Origin: a virus
Virus genome (UHGV): UHGV-1374678
Length of the DNA stretch: 64,000 nucleotides
Direction: 5' to 3' (one strand)
Below are positions 21,601-29,203 of this stretch, one piece after another; positions within the stretch are counted from its first letter, which is position 1; each line of letters opens with the position of its first letter. The notes below the pieces were generated by a model. The model had not been told where the DNA came from, did no database searches, and was given only the letters and a program-made list of their open reading frames with translations. Made by a program: the position numbers and the translations under genes.

Positions 21601-22248
21601 AAATGCATCTTGCAAATCTTCTCCAATTTTAATATGGGAAGAGTTTAAAGAAGCGTCATACAATTCGTTTAAAGATTTTGCAGCAGTGGCTGCATTGTTT
21701 CCAATATTTAAAATTGCATTTCCCTGTGCGTCATAACCTGCAACTATTTCCGGGAATACATTAGCTAATTGATTCGACGTATCAATATAAGATTGATAAT
21801 CTTCATCGCTTAACAACTTGTTAGAATTATCTGAGTTTACGCCTTCTTTTAATTCGGCATACTTTTTAGCAACTTCATCAATTGCATCCCCAGTGCTTTT
21901 TATTTCTTCTGGATTTTTTGCAAAACTTTTCCCAAGATTTTCTATAGAATTTTTATTTTCAGAAAAAGTCTTGAAAGTAGAGTCAATGGAAGCCTTTGCC
22001 TCCTCTCCTTTTTCAATTAGTTTTTCTGACCGATGAATATAATCATCAATTAATTCTATTCCTTTAGTTATTATAGCGGAAGCAGCCATGCTAATTCCAA
22101 AACTTGCGATTGAAGAGACAAAAGTTCCTGCAAAATTTTTCACGCCAGTTTTTAATTTTGACATGGTAGAAGAAAATTTGCTTTGAGAACTTGTTGCTTC
22201 TTCTGTAGCAACTTGAAATTCACTATAACTGATTTTCCCTTCTTTCAA
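15692..22248 (-). CDS. Tape measure protein, 5' exon (about 2185 codons)
   Basis: Giant coiled-coil ORF with an N-terminal hydrophobic segment (FAGTFVSSIASFGISMAASAIIT), a Gly/Ser-rich low-complexity segment, and position before Dit/Tal. Annotated TTG start at 22246-22248. The reading frame stays open a further 93 codons upstream. Confidence 0.65.
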
Positions 22249-22548
22249 TGCCTTTGCCGAATCGACAAGCTTTTTATCAACATCCCCAAGCGATTTTCCA
22301 AGCGCTGCCGTTGTAATATTAAGTGGTTTTTGTTGTAAGTTTTCTAGATTTGTTCCGCCTTCTGTTACAGAAGAAATTAATTTGCCAAAACTGCGATTTG
22401 CTTTTATTTGGTTTTCAGATTTTGGCGTAAATAAATTAGAAAAAATAGAACTAAAACCGTTTTCTTTGTCATAGCTTAAAATCGTTTTTTTAATTGATAT
22501 AATTATATTACTTGCAATAATATATTATTTGAAAATGGAGGAGAGTTT

Positions 22549-23004
22549 ATGAATATCAAATACTGTCCAGAATGTGCGAAATGTAAAAAATCAATAGAAG
22601 ATCCTGAAGATTTTTATGCTGGATATCAAGTCTATTTTTTTCAAGATAAAATTGGGAAAACATGTCAAATTTGTAACAAGGATACGTTAATAGAAACAAA
22701 CATAACTGAAGATGAGCTTCATGAAATAGGAGAAGCGTCAAACTATAATCCTTCTTTTCTCAAAGCCATGCGTGAACTCAAAGAAAAAGACATCATAGAA
22801 TATGAACTTAAAATGTCACAGTTCCGGTCACAAGTCGAACAGAAAAACAAAGCAAGAGAAGAAGCAAATCGTCCGAGGTGTCCGAAGTGTGGTTCTACCT
22901 CAATTGCAACGACAACTCGTGGTTACTCATTTTGGACAGGATTTGTCGGCTCTGGTAAACCAATGAACGTGTGTCAAAATTGTGGTCATAAGTGGAAGAT
23001 ATAA
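22549..23004 (+). CDS. Zinc-ribbon protein (151 aa; four CxxC pairs)
   Basis: GGAGGAG RBS. CPECAKC...CQIC...CPKCG...CQNCGHKW. Confidence 0.55.
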   Translation: MNIKYCPECAKCKKSIEDPEDFYAGYQVYFFQDKIGKTCQICNKDTLIETNITEDELHEIGEASNYNPSFLKAMRELKEKDIIEYELKMSQFRSQVEQKNKAREEANRPRCPKCGSTSIATTTRGYSFWTGFVGSGKPMNVCQNCGHKWKI

Positions 23005-23296
23005 CACGAATATTTTATCCAAAGCACAAATACGCTCTTGTTTTTTTGCTAACTGCTTTTGATAAATATAAGTTTTCTTCATAAAAATATCACCTACTTT
23101 AAAAATATTTATTTTTAGAACGTTTGCAACATTTGTTCCTGTGTTCATTTTCAAGAACCTTACACCTACGGTTGTATTCTTTAACATAAGAAGCAGGGAT
23201 ATAGTTTGTATCTTCTATTGGCTTGCTTAATTCTACCATATAACCTATTAACATTTTTTCAATATTACAAATAAAGACCATCTCCTTTAAGAAAGT

Positions 23297-24061
23297 GTGA
23301 TATGTATGGATAAAAATATATTAAAAATCTACGGATTAACTGGTGCGTATTGTAAATTTATGGGAATTACTAAAATGCCAAAATTTAAAGTAAAAACATT
23401 TAAAGGTGGAAATGCATCTGCGTATATTTCCTATCAAAATAATTCTCAAATATTTAATATAGAAGAAAACTATATTAATGTTTTAAAACAAAACGCACTA
23501 CCTCTTATTTATCATGAATTTACTCACATTGTAGATAACGAAAGTTTTCTTCCAGAAGTGAGTGCAAAAACAAAAATTCCATTCATAAAAATGTTATCGG
23601 AATATAGAGCTATTCAAGTTCAAATGAAAATAAGCATGAATTTTGAAATCTATAATGAAGATAAAAAGTTTTCATTTGATGATAAAACACATGATTGGTT
23701 TGAAGAAAAAACCGTAAAAGAAGATATAGTATATAAAACTGAAGATTTTGTTGCAACGATAAAAAATCTTTTAAGTAAAAAAGAAAATAATTATACTTAT
23801 TTTTTAGTTCTACATTGTGTGTATTACCAGAGCATGTGTGATTTTTGGAAAGAATATTGTATTAATGAAGTTCAACATCTATTAAAAGAAGATATAATAA
23901 ATACTTTATTTGGATTAGAATTTGATATTTTCCATCATATGTTATCAAAAATAGATAACAAAGATATAAATTATTTTAAATTACTGTTATCATCTCAGAA
24001 TAAAATGGTCGGATATTTTGGATTATATGAAGACGAAATCATAAAAACATTAAGCGTATAG
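23297..24061 (+). CDS. Hypothetical protein (254 aa)
   Basis: ORF in the plus-strand accessory block. Confidence 0.45.
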   Translation: MICMDKNILKIYGLTGAYCKFMGITKMPKFKVKTFKGGNASAYISYQNNSQIFNIEENYINVLKQNALPLIYHEFTHIVDNESFLPEVSAKTKIPFIKMLSEYRAIQVQMKISMNFEIYNEDKKFSFDDKTHDWFEEKTVKEDIVYKTEDFVATIKNLLSKKENNYTYFLVLHCVYYQSMCDFWKEYCINEVQHLLKEDIINTLFGLEFDIFHHMLSKIDNKDINYFKLLLSSQNKMVGYFGLYEDEIIKTLSV

Positions 24062-24334
24062 AAATAAATTATTCTTAATGTACAGCGAAAAGTGATATCT
24101 GTCGGGAAGAAGATCAAAGGATCTATATTGTTTGGTTTATTCAGCAACGATGCTAAAAAACAAATGAGATGCAAGGATTGTGGATATAAATTTTAATCAA
24201 ATAAATGTGCAATCGTATAGCAAAATAATTTTATCCTTAAAAGTAAAATTGACATTCTTTTCTTTTTTACTTCTTTTGAGTAAACATAATTATCTTTCAA
24301 AATAAAATCACCTACGCTTTCTGGAGGAATGAAT

Positions 24335-24496
24335 ATGACAAACGAAAATAACAAAAGTATAAAGCAAACTACAGCAGATAAAAACAAGCAAAAAGATACT
24401 CGTAAACCATTACCGAAAGCTAATATAATTGGTAAACGCTTAGAGATATTTAACATGGATTTAAATGTTATATACAAGAAGAATAAGAAAAAATAG
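24335..24496 (+). CDS. Small basic hypothetical protein (53 aa)
   Basis: ATG at 24335 preceded by a GGAGGAA RBS. The ORFs on the opposite strand here look spurious. Confidence 0.35.
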   Translation: MTNENNKSIKQTTADKNKQKDTRKPLPKANIIGKRLEIFNMDLNVIYKKNKKK

Positions 24497-24692
24497 CATT
24501 TTACTTAGTTTTTTATACTTTTGGTTTCTTTCCATGCAGCAAATGCCATTCTACATTTTTTGAATTCTTGATCTGCAATTTTGTCTTGTTTTTTATTAAA
24601 ATCATCACATATTTTTTGCTGCTTAAAGGAAAGACAGAATATTTCTTGTCGCATTCCTATAATATGTGCTTTTGGCAAAGGAGATTTTTTTA

Positions 24693-25223
24693 ATGAGTTC
24701 ATATAACGATATCCTTTCTTTTGAAAATGACTACTACAAAGAATTATATTACGATGGTGCAAAACAGAGAGATAGGATAAATAGTAAATTTACACCAACA
24801 ATAACATTATTAACTGCTGAAACATCTGGAATCATTTGGATTATCTTCAATTTAGTGAAGAAGATGAAGTCGTTTAATTTTATATCAATTACAGCAACAA
24901 TAATCTTGTGTTTTATAATTTTATTTGGGTTAGTAGCTCTTGTGAATTTTTTATTTTGTTTTTTAAAATATGGCTTTCTATATCCAAAACCAGCCGATGT
25001 GAAAAATTTTATTAAAGAAAATAAAACATATATTGGTGAATATACAGAAAAAGAGATTGTTGATAATATTGTAGAACAAATTTCTTCTGAATATATTACA
25101 ATGGCAATTAAAAATAATAAAGAAATAAATAACAGGTCAAAATATCTGAACAAGTGTTACATAGGAATTGTGTACACGTTGTTATTTATGATTATTGAAT
25201 TCCTAATATTATTATTTATGTAA
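24693..25223 (+). CDS. Membrane protein (about 176 aa, multiple TM helices)
   Basis: AAAGGAGA RBS before the ATG at 24693. Hydrophobic segments. Confidence 0.45.
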   Translation: MSSYNDILSFENDYYKELYYDGAKQRDRINSKFTPTITLLTAETSGIIWIIFNLVKKMKSFNFISITATIILCFIILFGLVALVNFLFCFLKYGFLYPKPADVKNFIKENKTYIGEYTEKEIVDNIVEQISSEYITMAIKNNKEINNRSKYLNKCYIGIVYTLLFMIIEFLILLFM

Positions 25224-25328
25224 AAGTATAATAAAATATAATTGTTTTATTAAGTAAGAACGCTAAAAACAAAATTTGAACGTAAGGATTGTGGATATAA
25301 GTGGTAGGAGAACATGGATGTTTTTGAA

Positions 25329-25541
25329 CTACCGATCATACAAACTAATTAAAACTTTTCCAAGTTCAAGAGCAATGGCTTCATCAAAGTCTTCTGCGAT
25401 TAATTTTGCTAATTCACATGTTGGATGACACAAAACAAAATCTTCATCATCCGATAATTTGCTTTTACCAGTTTTTGGAGCAAGTTCGTTCCAATAATAA
25501 CTAATAAATTTACCTGTTTTCGAATGATCCATATCATTCAC
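25329..25541 (-). CDS. Hypothetical small protein (70 aa)
   Basis: ORF divergent from 25567..26031 with a 25-nt spacer. Confidence 0.4.
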   Translation of the reverse strand: MNDMDHSKTGKFISYYWNELAPKTGKSKLSDDEDFVLCHPTCELAKLIAEDFDEAIALELGKVLISLYDR

Positions 25542-25566
25542 CTGCCTTTCAAAAAATGGAGAAATT

Positions 25567-26031
25567 ATGAGATTAAATCACGATTATATTAGAAACATTC
25601 TTCTTTTTATAGAAGAGAACTTAAATTATAAAGAATATACTGATATGCCATCATATCATAAAACACCTTCTTTTGCAGAAGTATTATCTGATGAGTATTT
25701 TGTGGACTACAACCAAGAAGAACTTTTGTATGCAATGGAACTTCTAATACGAGAGAAGTATATTCAATGTACAAAAGAGCCATATTTTGTAAATGGTAGT
25801 CTTATGAGCGCAGACATTGTTGGATTGACATGGAACGGATATCAATTTCTTGATAATGTAAGAAACGATACTGTTTGGAATGCAGTAAAAGAAAAAGCAA
25901 AACAATATGGTCAATTTTCAATCAAGACATTAGCATCCGCAGCAGGTTCTTTATCTGTAGCTTTAATGAACGATACAAACGCTATTCAGAATTTTTTACA
26001 AGGTGTTGGTAATATAGTTAAAATTATTTGA
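25567..26031 (+). CDS. Hypothetical protein (154 aa)
   Basis: ORF with GGAGAAAT RBS-like sequence. Confidence 0.45.
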   Translation: MRLNHDYIRNILLFIEENLNYKEYTDMPSYHKTPSFAEVLSDEYFVDYNQEELLYAMELLIREKYIQCTKEPYFVNGSLMSADIVGLTWNGYQFLDNVRNDTVWNAVKEKAKQYGQFSIKTLASAAGSLSVALMNDTNAIQNFLQGVGNIVKII

Positions 26032-26241
26032 AGTGACTTTACTATTGAAACTAATAATGTAATTACTGAAATAATCATTGACAAGTTTTGGTATTTTTCT
26101 GAAAGCTTCAATAGTGGCATAAAAATTTTATCATTAATAAAATCAGACATGTTATTACCTCGAAACAAAAGAATGGCATTGTAATAGCTGTGGAAGTGAC
26201 TTTTAAATCAATAAAAGACACCGATTAAGGTGTCTTTTAAT

Positions 26242-27255
26242 TTAATTAGAATATATAGATAACGGTGCAACAATACTACTTACTTTTGATTCTAATACAA
26301 CATTACTTTCTATTACTGCATCTTCAGTTGTCACATCTAATAAGTGTGGTTGACTCATCGTTTTAATCACTTCTATAACATCAAGTATTGGAAATTTTGA
26401 TCTTGAAACTAATTCTTTACAAACCAAACGATCCAAAGGAGAACATAAATTGATTTCCTTTGGCATATTCCCATTTGCGTTGATAAATTGTTTTACAATA
26501 TTCCAACCTTCATAGAAAATCTCCATAAAAGATTCGTCATATGGAACTGGACATACAATTAAATTTTTTGTTTCATGTTGATAAATTTTATCGGATTTCC
26601 CTTGAGCAGAAGGAACTATCCCAAGTCTTAAACCTCTTGCACCTTCTAATTGCTTTGGATTTATTTTAACAGTTGTACCAACCCATTTGTCTACATCTGT
26701 ATTTCCAACAAATAAATCTGCTTTCCATAAACCATTTATGCTACTAGGAAGTTTTTCTCTCTCTTTTGGTTTTCTGAACGATGAAACAACTCCGTTTATA
26801 TGTCTTTTTAATTTTATTGGCTTCCCTTTTTTACCTGTTAACAATATAGAATCATCAGTCAGATGTTCTTTTACACTGTCAATAAACTGTATTGTATTTG
26901 CTTCTTTTTCTACGCCAAACAAAATAGAAGATGGATCGTTCCCTTTTATGTTGCAGAATTTTGAAAGTGCAGAATCTATTCTGTTCAAAACATTTGGATC
27001 TTTTGATATGATTGCATCATGTACCGCATATTCAAAACAAATTCCACAATCTCCATCACCAGGACTGTATAATCTTGTAAATAATTCAAGTGTTATTTTG
27101 TCGTATCCACCGATCTGGTTTATTATGTCTTGTTTTATAGTATGCACCAAACCAGTTAAAATAGGATGAATAACAGAGAATAATGCTTCGTATTCAGAAT
27201 TAACTGCATTTGTTTGAATGCATTTTATTTTTTTAATCATTTTTATTCTCTCCAT
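26242..27255 (-). CDS. Hypothetical protein (337 aa); possible nuclease or defence-type moron next to the switch
   Basis: Large ORF downstream of the divergent promoter region. PGDGDCGICFEYAVHD-type acidic/Cys segment. No confident family assignment. Confidence 0.45.
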   Translation of the reverse strand: MERIKMIKKIKCIQTNAVNSEYEALFSVIHPILTGLVHTIKQDIINQIGGYDKITLELFTRLYSPGDGDCGICFEYAVHDAIISKDPNVLNRIDSALSKFCNIKGNDPSSILFGVEKEANTIQFIDSVKEHLTDDSILLTGKKGKPIKLKRHINGVVSSFRKPKEREKLPSSINGLWKADLFVGNTDVDKWVGTTVKINPKQLEGARGLRLGIVPSAQGKSDKIYQHETKNLIVCPVPYDESFMEIFYEGWNIVKQFINANGNMPKEINLCSPLDRLVCKELVSRSKFPILDVIEVIKTMSQPHLLDVTTEDAVIESNVVLESKVSSIVAPLSIYSN

Positions 27256-27355
27256 TTATTTTCTCCTTTTATTATACGACACAATATGACAAAGTACAAT
27301 TCAAAACATATGTTCTAATATATGCTAACAAGTACAAAAGCATCAGATTTTATAT

Positions 27356-27384
27356 TTGACCCAATTCCATTTTCTTCCTATAAT
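27356..27384 (+). promoter_or_regulatory. Sigma-70-type promoter (TTGACC-17 nt-TATAAT) driving the plus-strand HTH gene
   Basis: TTGACC at 27356-27361, 17-nt spacer, TATAAT at 27379-27384. GGAGGG RBS and ATG at 27422 follow. Confidence 0.6.
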
Positions 27385-27421
27385 AATACACATCATCTTT
27401 TTTACTCGGAGGGTGCAATAC

Positions 27422-27628
27422 ATGAATTATTTTTCAGAAAACCTTTTATATTATAGGAAGAAACGTGGAATGACACAAAATGATATTGCCAGAAAAGTAT
27501 TTGTTAAGCATCAGACAATCTCAAATTATGAAAAGAACACAAGAACCTGTGATTTGAACACACTTGTTTTACTTTCCAATGCTCTTGATATCACACTGGA
27601 TGAATTGATTAAAAATCCACATCCATAA
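27422..27628 (+). CDS. XRE-family helix-turn-helix transcriptional regulator (about 68 aa)
   Basis: MNYFSENLLYYRKKRGMTQNDIARKVFVKHQTISNYEKNTRTCDLNTLVLLSNALDITLDEL is a canonical Cro/CI-type HTH. The real start is at 27422, not at the track ORF start, which overlaps the promoter. Confidence 0.7.
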   Translation: MNYFSENLLYYRKKRGMTQNDIARKVFVKHQTISNYEKNTRTCDLNTLVLLSNALDITLDELIKNPHP

Positions 27629-27631
27629 TAC

Positions 27632-27811
27632 TTAGTTGTATGTAGGAATACCAACAAACACAAGACCTTTTACATTATGAGCATCTATACTTTTACCTGC
27701 TTCTTCATAACTTGTGAATTTTGTTTCCGATACAACCTTGTGATCAAATTTACCTTCTGTATTTTTCGTTACCTGAATTCCAATGACATCTACACCTATA
27801 TTTTTCATCAT
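27632..27811 (-). CDS. Small protein (59 aa) co-transcribed downstream of the minus-strand HTH regulator
   Basis: ATGATG start with a strong GGAGGAAAG RBS. Not in the ORF track (under 60 aa). Convergent with the plus-strand HTH gene (stops 4 nt apart). Confidence 0.45.
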   Translation of the reverse strand: MMKNIGVDVIGIQVTKNTEGKFDHKVVSETKFTSYEEAGKSIDAHNVKGLVFVGIPTYN

Positions 27812-27826
27812 ATCTTTCCTCCACTC

Positions 27827-28030
27827 TCAGAGTTTGAATATATCTTCAACAGACACACCAAGAGCATGGGCAAGTTTGATAGCTGTATAAACATGTGGGT
27901 TTTCAAGAGGATTATTTTCTATCAAACTTATTGTAGAATGTGACACATTGCTTTTCATAGCAAGTTGTGTTTGTGACCAATCTTTTTCCCATCTTAATTC
28001 CTGCAATCTGTTACGCATATATTCACACAC
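27827..28030 (-). CDS. XRE-family helix-turn-helix regulator (CI/Cro-like, 67 aa)
   Basis: WSQTQLAMKSNVSHSTISLIENNPLENPHVYTAIKLAHALGVSVEDI HTH_3 signature. Confidence 0.7.
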   Translation of the reverse strand: MCEYMRNRLQELRWEKDWSQTQLAMKSNVSHSTISLIENNPLENPHVYTAIKLAHALGVSVEDIFKL

Positions 28031-28151
28031 CCTTTTATTTTTAGTATGTGTAAATTGAAGCTTCTTCTTTACAAGAAAATAATACCAATAATTTTTGCAT
28101 AGAAGTAGAACAGTTTTTTATGGAAATTACGTAACTTTTTCTATATTCAGT

Positions 28152-28173
28152 TATATACTATATATAGTATATA
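28152..28173. promoter_or_regulatory. Perfect 22-bp palindrome (TATATACTATATATAGTATATA); candidate operator in the divergent promoter region of the switch
   Basis: Exact dyad symmetry. Lies between the minus-strand HTH gene start (28030) and a plus-strand promoter-like TTTACC-17-TATAAT at about 28210-28233. Confidence 0.45.
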
Positions 28174-28422
28174 CATTTTCAGATGTGTATGAACTAATGT
28201 TCTGTATTTACCATTTTTAGTGAAAATGATATAATATTTTCTGATAGATAGTTATGATGCAAACCTGTACCATCATTGTATGCGCGCACTATCCATCAAA
28301 AAAACAGGGAGTACCAGTGTAAGACTGATACGGTTCGAAAAATTAAAGAGTGTCTAAAATTCAGGGTGTTCTGCCCATTTTATTCCCTCGTAATTAACAT
28401 TCTTACAGAAGGGAGGGTAGAG

Positions 28423-28617
28423 TTGAATTTACTAGAATTAATAGTAAACAACTTAGACATTAGTATAATTGCAGCTTGCGTAATGTATTTCATTCACGAA
28501 GCTTTCAAATTTGCAAGTGTTATTGTGATTTCCAAGTCCGATAATCTTACAGATAAGAAAGCTCAAGCAATTGCAAAGATAATGTCATTTAGATTCGACT
28601 TTCGAATCAAAAAATAA
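28423..28617 (+). CDS. Small hydrophobic protein (about 64 aa) divergent from the HTH regulator
   Basis: TTG start after a GGGAGGG RBS inside the 113-aa track ORF. Followed by a hairpin terminator (28659-28685). Confidence 0.3.
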   Translation: MNLLELIVNNLDISIIAACVMYFIHEAFKFASVIVISKSDNLTDKKAQAIAKIMSFRFDFRIKK

Positions 28618-29203
28618 TTTCTGAATTTTGTCATTTTTCATTTTTAATTTTTCCTTTAATTCAATTATGCTCCGTGGAGTCCATATCTTCACGGAGTTCT
28701 TTATATTATATTCTCCAATAGGAGATAATATTTGTTTTATGTTTTTTATACTCATTAAGTTTTTGCAAGTCATCAATGAGTTTGTGTGATTTGTGTCAAT
28801 AGGGTAGTAGTAGACTACTTGCATATCCCCTACGACTTCCACAGGCTTTCCCCGTGGTCACGGACTGTATGTTTGAACCAATAGTACAATTACGCCTGTA
28901 CTACGTCATGCCTTGTCAGCCTCTCGCACGATACATGAAACCACACTTTCATTTTTATTGTAACGTGTCGGGACTACCGTTTTCGTATTTCTACTTATTT
29001 CTTCGTGAACATAAGATTTAATCTTACGCTTTTATTGCATCACTCCGATACCATATTTGTATGGCTTACGGCTTCCCCCGAAATTCGGCATATTTTGATT
29101 TTAGTTAAATCAAGGTGGATAGAAGATATGTATGTTCATATTACTTCATATTCTCTCTACGTTAAACATATGGCATTGTTATATGTCCTTATAGAAATAG
29201 GCA

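Noticed and set aside
24152-25304. Possible CRISPR array from the repeated 43-bp blocks
   Set aside because: Only two or three copies, about 1.1 kb apart and imperfect. The repeat matches a gene 3'-end coding block rather than a CRISPR repeat.
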